64,000 bases of DNA. Source: the human T2T-CHM13v2.0 reference genome, Homo sapiens. Position numbers and translations under genes: made by a program. The notes beneath the pieces were generated by a model. The model saw nothing but the letters and a program-made list of their open reading frames with translations, searched no databases and had not been told where the DNA came from. Every line of letters begins with the position of its first letter. Position 1 is the first letter of the stretch. This document shows, in pieces, positions 1 through 34,655 of the stretch. The stretch lies in assembly GCF_009914755.1 (NCBI RefSeq), contig NC_060931.1, one strand, 5' to 3'.

Positions 1-2
1 TA

Positions 3-984
<982 letters not shown>

Positions 985-1740
985 GCATTGAACATCTCTT
1001 CATGTGCTTATTTACCATCTGCAGAGCCTCTTCAGTGAAATACCTCCTCGTGTGTTTTGTCCTCGTTCTAATTGAATTGTTTGGTTTTTATACTGAATTT
1101 TGAGTTTTTCCTGTATTCTAGATAGGAGTCTCTTCTCCCAGCTTGTGACCTCTTTATCCTCTCATTGGACGCCTGCGCCCATCCAGAGCTTTACGTTTTG
1201 ATGACGTCCGATGTGTTGAGTTTTTTCTTTTTCTTTTATAGATCCTGTTTTTGGTGTCATGGCTAAGAACTCTTCACCAAGCCCCAGGTCCTGAAGGATT
1301 TTTTGAAATTTGAATAGTTTTTCCCTCATTGGTTTCTCCCTGGCTGCCTTGTTTCTGGTTTTCAGAAGCCTGGTTGAGTTTCTTCGGGTTCATCCTGCAT
1401 GGGGCTCACTCATCTTCAGTCTGTAGGTTTATCATTCTGACCAAATCTGTACATTTTTCAGCCATTATTTCTTTGAGGGTTTTTTGCCTCATCTGCTTTC
1501 TGTTCTTCTTCTGGGATTCAGTGACATGCATGGGAGAGCTTTTGTTATGTATGGTCTAGTGTGTCCCTGAGACTCTTAAGATTTGATTTTCAGCCTCTTT
1601 TTCTCTGTTGTTCAGGTTGGGTAATCTTTACTGTTTCAGCTTCAAGCTCGCTGATTTCTTTCCTATGGCTTTTTCATTCTGTGTGAGCCCATTCATTGAG
1701 GTTTCATTTCAGCTGCTGTACTTTTTAGATGTAAAATTTC
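985..1740 (-). mobile_element. Old L1M-type fragments, antisense
   Basis: Resembles antisense L1 (catctcttcatgtgcttattt, tttggtgtcat...ctaagaactct, ttttcagccattatttctt). Confidence 0.6.
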
Positions 1741-1910
1741 CCCTGTGCCTCAGTGGGGATGGGCAGCCTGTGGCCAACTTCGATGCTGGCAGAGCCAGGC
1801 CAGGGAGACTCCAGCCTCAGCCCCATCTCTCCCGAGCAGGCAGATGCTTCCTGAGAATTAGGCAGACCTGTTGGAAACTGGCTTTGTATGCTGCGTGCCT
1901 AGCTTTTTAC

Positions 1911-10056
<8,146 letters not shown>

Positions 10057-10826
10057 TTAGAGGACGCAAAGTCTATGCAGATAAACCAGCGTCTGGTACT
10101 TGGTATCAGTCAGGTGGCCAGTGAATAATGACTACGTGGAATTACTGTGGACAGCATTTTGAGATCTGCAGATTAAGCCATTTTGACTTCCCAGAAGCAT
10201 TTTCTTAAATCAGCGTAGAGACAGAAGATGAAAGTTAACCTGAATTGCTCGTCGCAAGCAAGCTCTGCCCGGGTCAGCCCCAGAGGGTTGCAGAACACTG
10301 TGTCTGTGTCCGCTGTCTTAAAGAGCCTAGTCCATCTTTACGCGGTCTTTTTACGTCTGTTTAAGCCACACAGCATGGTGGGGAGCGGAGGTGATTTCGG
10401 AGCCTACTCTCCGATCCTCAGGATCCTCTTCGGGAGCAGCAGGCAGTGGCTTTCTCCTGGGCCAGGCAGGGTTGTCTGGGGAGTGGAACGTCTGCTAGAA
10501 ATGCAGATCGCTGGGGCCACCGCCGTTTGGCCGTGTCAGTCATCTGGGGGTCCCTTAGCCTCCGCAGAGTAAAGCTGTGGGAGTCACCACGGGTCCCCAT
10601 GGCGGGATTGGGAAGCAGTCACCTACCAGATGAGCGTTCCTTCCGCGAAGGGAAGGTGGGGGGATTTTGAAGGAGCTGTGAACACCGAGGGTGCCGTCCT
10701 CGCCTGTGCTGCCATGGGGTGCTCAGGACTGCCGGGCCCTGGGAGCCCCACCCGGCAGGACACACACCTGAGCCCCAGGGAGGGTCGGTGGCCATGGCTG
10801 TGCTTGGCCGCCTCTGTGGGGCTCTA

Positions 10827-11390
<564 letters not shown>

Positions 11391-14300
11391 CTATGAACGC
11401 ATAAGAACTTATAAACACTAAAACTGCTACCGGGTTTTAATTCACACACACCACGCACACCCCCACATTGTTGTCACTGCGAGAACGGAGGGCCCAGAGC
11501 CGAGTACACTCGGCCAGGGTGAGTGATGGGCAGGCACAGAGCTGTGTCTCTGACCACCCTGCTACCCAGCTTGCCACCGCTGTCAGCCGTGGGGTTCAGG
11601 AGAACAGGGTTGTGGCATGGACCCAAAAGTGGAGTCACGGTTGCAGCTCTGGTTCCTGGAGGAGGGACGCAGGCCCAGTGGAGAGGGCGTGGTTTGCAGG
11701 CACCAGTGCTGGTTCCGTGTCTGTCGGGGAGGGGATGGACGTTTGTGTTGCTGTCAGGGACCTTGCCGACCCAGCCCCCGCCCCGCCTTCAAGTTTGTGC
11801 CTTATTTTCCAAAGCCGCCACACTTGAGACGTCCTTGCTGCGGGTTCGTCTGTAACCTGTGTCCCTTCACTGCCATGCACTGCTCTTAGCTGCTGGCGAA
11901 GACGTGGTCTCTGCAATAGAGAGGCGCCTATGGCTGCAGCCACCTGTGTTCGTTTTGGGGTTGTCATAAATAAATGCCTTCCATTTTTAATAGAAAGACA
12001 GTATTTTAGGTTAAAAAATTTAAGGTTGTCAGAATTCTCTGATTTGGGGATTTTATATGTTAACGTTTCTTTCAAAACCATTTCCTGAGGATGGGCGCGG
12101 TGGCTCACTCCTGCAATCCCAGCACTTTGGGAGGCCGAGGCAGGAGGATCCCTTGAGGCCAGGAGTTGGAGACTAGCCTGGGCAACATAACAAGACCCTG
12201 TCTCTACAAAAAATCAAAACCATTTGCTGAACAGTCTTATTTCTCGGAGGAGTTTAAGCAAACACTGCAGGGCCTCCGGCATTCCAGTTTCAGGCCTTAT
12301 CTGATGTGGCCCACCCTGGGACCGTCACCTGACTTCCTGTCCCTGCACAGAGAACTTGCTGGTAGGAGGTGGTGAGGGGCCTCCGAGGTGGTGGGTGAGC
12401 ATCCCTGCAAGTCAAGCTCTGCTGTTCCCCGGCCTTCCCTTGAGACTCTTGGGGGCCTGGGCCCTGCGGGACGTTTTCCCCCTGCCTCAGAGCCAAACCA
12501 CTTAACAGAACCAGGCGAGCCAGGTTTAGTACTTTATCGGGTATCCTAAAGACACGTTGCAGCCTGCAAAATTCGAAAAGTACCTGGAGTATGTAACAGC
12601 TTTTGCCTCCCATTCTTGAGTCTTTCATTTCTTCAAGGACATGGTAGCAACATTTAAAGAACCTTTTGAAAAGAGAGAGGCGGCCGGGCACAGTGGCTCA
12701 CGCCTGTAATCCCAGCACTTTGGGAGGCCAAAGCGGGTGCATCACCTGAGGTCAGGAGTTCAAGACCAGCCTGGCCAACATGGTGAAACCCCATCTCTAC
12801 TAAAAATACAAAAATTAGCCGGGCATGGTGGTGGGCACCTGTAATCCCAGCTACTCGGGAGGCTGAGGCAGGAGAATCGCTTGGACCTGGAGGCGGAGGT
12901 TGCAGTGAGCTGAGATTGCACCACTGCACTCCAGCCTGGGCAACAAAGCGAAACTCTGCCTCAAAAAAAAAAAAAAAAAAAGAAAACAGAGAGGCCTGCT
13001 TATAACACCATCCTTATCCTGGGCTGTTTTCCTTTGTCCTTCCAGTCCTTGTCTAATAACAAGAATAACTGAAGCACATTTTCAGTAACCGCTTGCTACG
13101 TGCCAGCCGTCCGGTCAGGACTGATGTTCACGGCATGGAGACCTGAGGCCACACGGAGGCCGGGCTGGCCAGGGCGGGGCTCAGATTCAGTGACTTGCCC
13201 AGGTGCCCCCAGGGCATCTGAGCAGCCCAGGCTCCAGCCAGGCAGGTCTGACTTCACCTCCCTTGCCGTGAGCCGCTGCACTGTTCCACTTGGGCTTCTG
13301 CTACATTTATCAAGCTGTTGTAAACGTTTCCATATTCCCCCACGCCTCAGTATTTAGCGAGGGCTCCTTATGTGTGACACGCCCTGTGTGCGTCTGATGA
13401 CGTTGCTTGGAATCATTTGTTCAGTCCACAAGAACTCTGATTATGCACCATCATTACCCCAGTTTGGCTGATGAGGGAAACCAGGCCAGTGTATGAAGAG
13501 ACTGACCAAAGATCCCAGTGCCGACAGTTCTCCATTCATTCATTCATTCATTCAGTCACCATCATAGCCCACTGCGGCCTCCGCTGCCCAGGCTCAAGCC
13601 ATCTTCCCTCCTCAGCCTCCCAAGTAGTTGGGACTACAGGTGTGCGCCACCACACCTGGCTAATTTCTTAAACAATTTTTAGAGACAGGATCTCACTGTG
13701 TTGCCCAGGCTGATCTCGAACTCCTAGGGTCAAGCGATCGTCCCACCTCAGCCTTCCAAAGCGCTGGGATTACAGGCGTGAACCACCGTGGGATTACGGG
13801 CATGAGCCACCGCGCCAGCCAATATGCATAGTTTTAAATGGCCATAGTAACGCAAGGCTTCAAACAGAAGTCCTCAGGTCTCACTTCGCAGAGGCAGTGG
13901 CTTTTAAAGCATCCTGATTAACAGTCTGAGCTGCTATTCACTGAGTTTTCGCCCTGTGGTAGACACACATGGCTTTCCGTTAGAGAAGACAGGGTCTGGC
14001 TCTACTGCTGCCCTCCTCATCCGGAGCCGCGGGTCTGCGCTGCACGCCCCTTACACGTGTGCCTCTTTCCCATAGCGCAGAGTTTATCTTCTTACTCGTC
14101 CAGCGTTCTCTGTACCTATTGTGAATTGATCTCTGGACGCTGACCCAACTCTAGAACTTCGCTCAGCAGTTGGGTAAGACGACATTCCTGTCCTTCAGTT
14201 CTCCTGGGAACTTTCTCCTGAGAGCCCTGGCTCTCTCCTGCACAGCTCTGGGCTCCTGCACAGCTTCTGTTCTGGGGCTTTTCACCCTCTTCCTGGATTC

Positions 14301-16559
14301 TTTCAGTTAGGACGTAGTTTTGATTTTGCAACAAAGGTCAAAAATAACGAGGGCCAAGTTTGTTTCTTTTATACGTGACGGTCTTTTTTTTTTTAATTTT
14401 ATTATTTTTTTATTTCAAGCTGGGTTCTTGCTGTGTTGCCCAGGCTGGTTTCAAACTCCTGGGCTCAAGCAATCCTCCAACCTCATCCTCCCAGAGTGCT
14501 GGGATTATAGATGTAAGCCACCCTACCCAGCCACACATGACCATCTTAATGTCAGCTATGACCTGGAGGCACCAGACTTTTTCTATTACGTTGCTTGTTG
14601 CTCCGTTATGCAGTGTGCCTTTATGGTCCACTGTGGCTGCTCGGCTCCTGCCATCACAGCAGTATCTGGCTGTTGGGAAGGGGAGGAGTGAAGAAGGCCC
14701 TTGGTTCCTCATATAGACATGACCCATTTGTATCCCATTGACCAGCTCATAGTCTCATGGTTGCAAGAGGGGCAGAGAAACATGGTCTTCAGTTGGGTGG
14801 ACGTTTCTCTGTCTCCATGTTTGCTATAGAAGCAGGAGAGAAGGTGCTCTGGGAACTACAGCCTCAGCCACAGTCCAGGAAGCTGCCCAGTGCCCACATG
14901 GGAACTGCATCCTGCAGGTATCGCTCGTGAAAACCGGCCTGGCGTCTTCTGGCCCTTGCTCTTGGGTCTGCTGTTTCTCTCACGGGAGAGGCTGCTCTGA
15001 GGTCCCCGAAGCTGCAGGCTGGGTGGGACGGTGGGAGCCTTTCCCTGGTCTTTAGTCCGGCTGACATCCTCTCTCTGGCCGTCATAGCCAGCGCCATGGG
15101 ATTGGGGAAGCCACAGGGACCTCCCAGCACGCGCCAACCCTGGACTTCCCCCAGAGCTCATCTGGGTGGCAGGTGCTGGCCACGTGGAGTCTGCCCTCCA
15201 CGTGCCGTGGGTGAAGCTTCACCTGGCGCAGGGAAGGCCATCAGACTTCCAGCTCGTCACCCATGTCCTCAACCCCTAACCACTGAAGCGATGCCTGTGT
15301 TTTAACCTTAGTAACCGTGCCGCCCAGCTCCTAGAAGACACGCGACTCCACAGCAGTTAGGAGACAGCAGATGCATTCCCAGAGCTCCTGAGAAGGAGCG
15401 GCTTGTGTGGGGTGACTCTATCTCAAGCCGTAGGCCTCCCAGACAGAGCCTCTGAAGCTCCTGTTTTCTTTGTCCTTCCTGAGACAGATCTCATCCAGCC
15501 TCTTCCTTTTGATGTTTTCTGAGTCACTTTAAACTGTGCAAGATTTCCCGTTTCCCCTGGCTGTGGCTCTTGTGGTCCTGGCCTTGGTGGGCAGGTGCAG
15601 GGCCCGCTCCCTCCTTGGGAGGATGAGATGCTCTGTGGCTTCCACCACTCCCCAGATCGTCTGCTTCCTCCTTGCCCCTCAAACTCCTTTGCCTCAGTCC
15701 CTGTCTTCCTTGATGGGGGCATTCCCCAAGTGTCTGTTCTTGTGGAAGGGGAGGTGCCCCCCGGCCCACCCCCCCGCTGCCCAAGTGTGCGTGGGCATCG
15801 GTGCACGGGGCTCCCTCCCTGGGGCTTCATGGGGGGCTCAGGAAGGCTGGGTCTCAGGCTTTTCTCCTGCGCCATTGTCTGCTGATAGCTGGGCTCAGCT
15901 CTGGAAGCTTGGGGGGCTGAGAGCCTCTGGTCCTCCTGCAGAATTTCAGGTCGCAAGGCTATTTTTGGCGTGAGATGTCACTGTCTGCCGCTTCTGTGTT
16001 GGGTGCCCTCGTCCAGGCCTCGGGTTCACCCCATCCAGAAAGTAAACCCGTCCTTCCGCTGGGAGAGACGGGGCGAGGGGACAGCGGTGGACAGGAGCGA
16101 TCTGTCACATTCATTTTAAAAATCGCCTCCGGAAGCTTTCACGGGCTCTTCCTTCCCTCTCTGATTATTTCTCTGAGTCTGAAATGATGACAATTGTATT
16201 TATATTTATGTCATCGAGAATTAAGTGAGCTATTTTTATTTTCCTGACAGCTTTCTGTTTGGCCGGGCAGGTGGTAGGATTTGTGGCCTAGGGAGGGGAT
16301 GGGAATGAAGGCACATGACATGCCCCAAGTCACTCGGGCTCAGCACTGGTGGAGCGGTGGCCAGTTCCAGCTCGCTGTGTAGAGACGGCTCTGTGGTCTG
16401 AGGCTGAGCCAGGCAGTGTCATCTCCAACCAAGTCACCAGTTTGGCCCAACTTCCAGGAGCCATCAGCTTCTGGGTGGACCTGGGAAAAACCCAGGGCTG
16501 GAGTAGACCCTCAGTGTGGGAGCTTTTGGGCAAGAATTCTCCCCAAAAACAGCTTGCCT

Positions 16560-16770
16560 GAGATCGACTGCACATACCTTACAACTAACCCTTTCCATTG
16601 TTCCAGTCCGTGGTTTTCAGCGCATTCGCAGAGTTGCGCGGCCACCAAGTCAACTTCGGAACATTTTCCTGACTCTAGAAAGAACCCCCTAGCTCTTAGT
16701 CATTCTCCGTCCCCCCTGCCTGTCCCACCCGTCACTCCAGCCCTAGGCAACCACTAAGCTCCTTTCTAAG
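16560..16770 (-). mobile_element. L1M 3'-end fragment, antisense
   Basis: ...ccagccctaggcaaccactaa...ctttct, typical of antisense L1MB-type 3' ends. Confidence 0.65.
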
Positions 16771-17068
16771 TCGGGCAAGAATGTTCTGGAGAGATGTCCT
16801 CCACAGATGGGCACTTGCTCGTACAGGAACCTTTCCGCCGGGCTGGTGGACGGAGATTTCTACTCTGTGGACACACTTAACCTTAGCGGAATCTCCGCCG
16901 GTCAAGACCGGCAGTGTGTGTGGCTGGGTTTAAACCACCGTGCAGCACCTTCACGATGCAAAACGTGCTCGTTCAGACTCCAGCTAGAGCCCTGCACCTC
17001 CATCAAGATATTACAGGGAGAGATGTAACTGGCAAACTCCCTGAGCATGCTGGGGAAACATCTATTTA

Positions 17069-17381
<313 letters not shown>

Positions 17382-17607
17382 TCATAGCATTTTCTCCTCC
17401 TCCTAGTAATGAGGCCACCTGCCTCAGGACAATCACTGTTACGGCAGATACTGTGAAAATATTTATTGTTAAACTTTAATTGGAAAGCTACTATTACAGT
17501 AGGAAATTGTCATCTATAGATGGCATTAGATCCCTAGATCCCTGCCTGTCCTATAAAACATCGTTTTGTTTTAGTGAAAACTCAATACATATGTACATAT
17601 CATCTAG

Positions 17608-17796
<189 letters not shown>

Positions 17797-18629
17797 TAGT
17801 AGAGAGGGGGGTTTTGCCTTTTGGCCAGGCTGGTCTCGAACTCCTGACCTCAGGTGATCCGCCCACGTTGGCCACTCAGAGTGCTCGGATTACAAGCCTG
17901 AGCCTCCGTGCCCAGCCCATAATCAGGTTTTGAACTGGAAAGCACCTTTGAGATGGTGTCTTCTATTCCAACCATTCTGTTTTATTAGCAAAGATCACAG
18001 AAGCGCAGAGAGGTTAGGGTGAGTGGTTCTAAACCAATTTTCTCTTTTGGTGGCGTTCACCTTTGTCTCAAATCCGCACACCTTACGGCTCTCATTCCTG
18101 CCACAATTTGCTCTTTGAAGGGGAGAAGTCAAGCCTGGGAAGGCCTTTCCACCCCACTGGAGTTGGGGAGTGATTTAGCCCAAGGTCAGATGGGCTCTGG
18201 CTAGTACCTGGCTTTCAGGTGCCAGTCCAGAGGGGGACCATGCTCCTCTTCTGTGCGTGTGTGTGCATGTGCGTGTGCAAATGTCTTACGAAAAAACACC
18301 TCTTCATGTCTTAATATCCAAACCCCGATCTCCAGGATCCCCTTCTTCTTGTGACCTCAGTCATGGGCCAGAAGCCACATCTTCTTTCTACTTGGCCTTG
18401 ATGGCTGCAGCGTGATCCGATCCCATATTAACATAGGGACTTTCACGACACAGAAAGTCAGAGGTCTCAACTGTGCCCTTCTGACAAATAGGAGAACATG
18501 GTCTGTTTCGTTGATTTGCAGTGGTTGAGGGAACTGGAGAAAAGAGACAAATGGCAAGGGCCATAGAAGCTATCTTTAAACATTTGTCATCATGACTGCC
18601 ATCGTGTCCAGCACTGGTGGAACGGGTAG

Positions 18630-18790
18630 GTGTGTGTGCATGCGTGTGTGCGTGCACGTGTGCATGTGTGTGTGTGCGTGGGTGTGGGCGTGTGCGTGGG
18701 TGTGTGGGCGTGTCCGTGCATGCATGTGTGCGTTCATGCACGTGTGTGCGTGCCTGTGTGTGTGTGTGTGTGTGTGTGTGCATGCATGTG
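18630..18790 (+). repeat. ~160 bp (TG/CG/CA)n alternating purine-pyrimidine tract including pure (TG)13
   Basis: Seen directly. Confidence 0.97.
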
Positions 18791-19167
18791 TTGATACAGA
18801 CATGGACACTGTGTTCATTCAGCACCGTCGTTCACAGCTGGAGTTCACCTTAGGTCCCCTGCCTGGACCCTCAGCCAGATGCTGGCCCCAAACCTCTTTC
18901 CTTGCTTCCCTAGGTCAGGGACACCAGTCCCATCCTCAGACACCAGCTTGGGTGGATGTCGGCTCTGGGACCCACAAAAGCTAACAGCCCCCAGGACTGA
19001 AGAGCCCTTGGGTATCATAGAGCATCTTAGAAAATGGGTGATGCAAGGCCGGGTGTGGTGGCTCACGCCTGTAATCCCAGCATTTTAGGAGGCCAGGGCA
19101 GGAGGATCACCTGAGGTCGGGAGTTCCAGACCAGCCTGACCAACATGGAAAAACCCTGTCTCTACTA

Positions 19168-19326
<159 letters not shown>

Positions 19327-19329
19327 TCA

Positions 19330-19746
<417 letters not shown>

Positions 19747-20607
19747 TCAGACGTTCCTCTCAATGTGACTTAAGAGGACAGAATTGTGGAGTATTTTCAA
19801 ATAGCCTTGGGATGCCCTTCTAAACCTCAGGGGTGACCGACCACCCACCCTTATCCCCCAAGATTCACTCGCTGGGCCGTGCCTCCCAGACAGCTTCTCA
19901 TCTTGGAAACAGTCTCAGAGTCCCTTTTGTGTTTGGAAGTAGAAACCTGGTGCCCACAGGCCTGACAGCGCCTGGCACTGAACGATGCGGCCCAGCCTCC
20001 TCTGACCAGTATCTCGGGGAGAATCAGGACTGGCCCAGTTGAGCCAGCTTAAGTGCCTGATTTTCTCTCTTCCATGTGGGCAGCCTGGCTAGCAGACCTA
20101 TGGGAGGAGCCGCACATTTGTAATGCTGAGTCACTTCCTTTGAAGCGGGTCCCTGGGAAGAAGACGCAAGAGGACCCCCTGCCGACAGCCAGGCACCCTT
20201 CGTCACCCTCTGACCTGCTCCTCAGTCCCGTCTTTCAAAAACGCTTTGACGAAGAGCAAAGGGACTTTCATATGAAAGAGGGGTGTCTGCGCACGTCCAT
20301 GCAGGATTTTACGTAGATTGACTATTTAAACATTGCTGCAGATTTAAAAACACAGTCAGGCATAGACCCAGCAGCCTGGTGCTTCATGCAGGTTCCACTA
20401 CAAGAGACCTTAGCGTCTCTCAAGTGTTGAGTACTTTGCCCGTCCTGAATGCCTTCGGGAACTCTGAAAAGCGCATTATCACCGGTGGCTTATGTACATT
20501 CTTTCTTAACCCCCTCCTACAATTTTAAACAAGAGCCTTTTCCAAACAGCTGCGCAGGCGGCCAGCGTTCCTTATCTCTGTGTGGGCAGGCTGCTGCTTT
20601 ACATTGT

Positions 20608-20639
<32 letters not shown>

Positions 20640-21178
20640 AACTGAGTCCCACAGTTAGCAACTTGATAGTTGCTGCCTCATCAGTTTAGAAATTGAAAGG
20701 TGACCTGGATAAGTAATGCTCAGCTTTGTAAAAGGTGGCAGTTTCTTCAAGCCAGATGAACCCTGGATACTGTTCACAGCACACTGGTGTTGACCCTGAC
20801 GCTTGCGGCTGGCTTTGTTTGCACTTGGTCGTCTCCAGTAGAAAAACCGAGGCTCACGGTTTTAAGCCCAGAACTGATCGTGAAGCCGGTCCATTAAGCT
20901 CTGGGTGGATAATGCACGCTCTCTGCGACTCCCGCCTGCCGGAGCAGGGGTGGAATTGCTCCTTCCGTTGTCAGATCTTCTAGGCAGTGGCAGGGAATCA
21001 TCTTGAAAATGTCTGCATAGGTGGTTGCCGTGCTATTTCAGTCTTCCAGTGTGTCATTTGAGAGGTGGCAGATCCCACCTGGGTGCCACAGCAGTTGCCC
21101 TGGCAGACAGGAAGTAGCCGTGTCTGTCTGGAGCCTGCGTGGGAGATGGCATCAGCGGCACTTGTCTGGGGATATTTA

Positions 21179-21885
<707 letters not shown>

Positions 21886-21936
21886 CTAAGTGTCCTGATA
21901 AAAGCATCGAAACTGCTCTCTGGGGCCCAGGTTTGA

Positions 21937-22230
<294 letters not shown>

Positions 22231-22396
22231 TGAGTAGCCCCCCAGCCTGCCCTTGGGCCCCCAGGAGAGAGGGGGATGATGCGAGCGTGCCTGTCGTACG
22301 CAGCACCGGGTTCCAAATCTCTCTGGAAAGTTGCACGTGCATGGAAATACAGAAAGTGTTGTACGTCCATCCGGGACCTGGCTGAAATTTCCGTGA

Positions 22397-30186
<7,790 letters not shown>

Positions 30187-31495
30187 CCCCCAGGTTCCTG
30201 TCCACGCTTCTGGGACTGGCTGTGCCTGGCGGGCCTCTGAGCTGAGTCTCTCATGCCTCTCCTTTCCTTTCTCTCTCTACTTTCTGAGGGATTTTCTCCA
30301 GTCTCTCCTTCCACCCTTTCTTGGATTTGTATTTCTCTTCTTTTGAATTCTTATTTTTTAATTTGAAGAGCGTGTTCTTGCTCTGCAGGTGTGCTTTGCA
30401 TGCTGTTCTTACTGTCCTACAGAGACGGCATCGTTACCTCCCTAGGGACGGGAACCATGTTTCATCTCCTCCCAAGCTCCCGTAGGCTTCCCTGGGTCCC
30501 TCTTCTCTTCTGTTTTGCACCATGTTCCACCTGGTAGAAGCTTCCTCAAACCACAGATGTGCCTTGGCCGGCTGTTGTGTTTAACAGTGAGGTCCTAAAA
30601 ACCCTCTTAGAGCGGCTGGTATTGGAGCAGGGGCTGGGGCAGGGACCCCAAGCGTCCTCCTCTGCAGGGAGGTTCCCCCAGGAGGCTTCAGGTGCCGCCT
30701 TGGGACGCAAAGGTCATCGCAGACCCCCGCAGCCTTCTCGCCCCTCCACTGCCCACAAGGCTCCGTCGCAGCTCCTTCCTCCAGCCCCTCCAGGCGGGTC
30801 CCTCTGTGTCTCTAGGGCTTCAGGAGGGATCAGGTCCCTTCTGACAGAGCACTGTCCTCCCTGGGCCTGCCGGAAGCGATAACTGTCCCGACCCTAGGCC
30901 TCTCAGGGTGGCCTTCTCAGCCTCAGAGCAGAGCCAAGGGCATTGAGGGTGGACTGGAAGGACCGCAGCCCTGTGCCCTGGGGAAGGCTTGTCTTAGGCT
31001 CTGGGGACGGAGCCCAGCTGGCGGCTCCAGAGGTGGCTTTAGGTCTGTTGTTGGATTTGCCTTTCTCAGCGTGACTTCTCATCATAACGTGACCCAGCGA
31101 CCTGTGTGTCCCACAGCCCGTCCGTCCCTCTGCAGTCTCCCTGCACTGGCATGTCCTGGGTGGTCCCAGTGGCACCTTCTAGGCCCGGCCCCTGGATGCG
31201 GTGGAGGCTGCCCGGGGTGGGTCAGCATGGGGTTGTCCCTGTGAGCACAGCTCCGGGAGACCCGTACTCAGAATCCTCCAGCTCTCTCGCCTGAGGCGGA
31301 AATGTGACTTGGGAATTGTCCTCCATATAAAGGAAGCAAAATCAGGGCCTAGGGGTGAGCTGCTTACTGTGCTTCTTCCCTCTCTCAGCCTCCAATCGGG
31401 GGGCACAGGCGTTTGATTCCCGCGACGTCTGTGGGCTGTCACTGTCCAGCCTCTGCGTCCCACACCTGGGCAGCTAGGGACTGGGGGGGGCCTGA

Positions 31496-33652
<2,157 letters not shown>

Positions 33653-34605
33653 AGACATGAATTTTCTATGATCTTCTGCAAAATAACTGCTGGGAACAGG
33701 AGCAGGTCCCTGCCACACGTGCTGGGCCATCACTGTTTGTTGTGGAGTGCTGGGGGGTGCCCCTCATTGGTCCTCAGGAAGGATCCAGGAGCCCGCCTGC
33801 CACCTCATGGGCCTCGGATGAGATTTTCCGAGCTGAGTGGCCATTCCCCAGCCTGTGGCCGGAGATCAGAGTGTATGTGAGTGACACCTCGGCTCAGTGG
33901 TCCCCAGCAAGGACTGACATTTCAGTTCTTCCTGCTGAGTCCAAGGGGGACGTCCAGTGGCTTTGGGTCTGGGACCGGGTGCACAGGCGTGTGCTGGCCC
34001 CATTGTCTGCAGCCCCTCCGGCCATGAGGCCATCCTGCCTCAGCAGGGAGGTGTTTGGTTCCCAGAGGCCTTTGACAAAGCCGATTTTGGGGGCTGTGTG
34101 CTGTTACCAGTCAAAACCTTTCTCTCCCCTTCTCATCTTACTTGTAAACTTGGGTTTTGTATTTTGGATTCAGAACTAAATTCAGAAAAGGTTTCCTTTT
34201 GACTGTTTCCTACCTCGATCGAGCCATTTGTGGGTGTTCATTTAAGTTTCGACACGTGTGGAACTTACCTATCTCTGCCATATTTGGGGAGTCCGTTGTA
34301 AGAGAGAATGGGAATTCCAGATCAGAGTCCTTAACGTTCCATGTGGGTGACACTGAGTCCTTCCTGAAAATGCCCCAGACCTGAACTGATCATTAATGTC
34401 AGCTGTCAGGTTTTTCTCAGCCACAGGATTTTTTTCATTCATTCCTCTGCTCCATCCAAAAAATGTTTCTTGAGCCCCGCCTGCACCCAAGGGGGCTCCT
34501 ACTTAACCTAAGTTTTGGAGATCTAGGAGTCTTGTGCCTGGACAGTTAGGGAAGGATGTTCCTGGCAGAGGAAAGGGCAGCAAGGCGGGAGGAGGAGAAT
34601 GGACC

Positions 34606-34655
34606 TTCTGGATGGTTCTGGATGGTTCTGGGTGGTTCTGGATGGTTCTGGGTGG
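34606..34655 (+). repeat. (TTCTGGRTGG)5 decamer tandem repeat
   Basis: Seen directly. Confidence 0.92.

Noticed and set aside
18388-18984. His/Thr-rich and Cys/Val-rich ORFs
   Set aside because: Translations of the (TG)n tract
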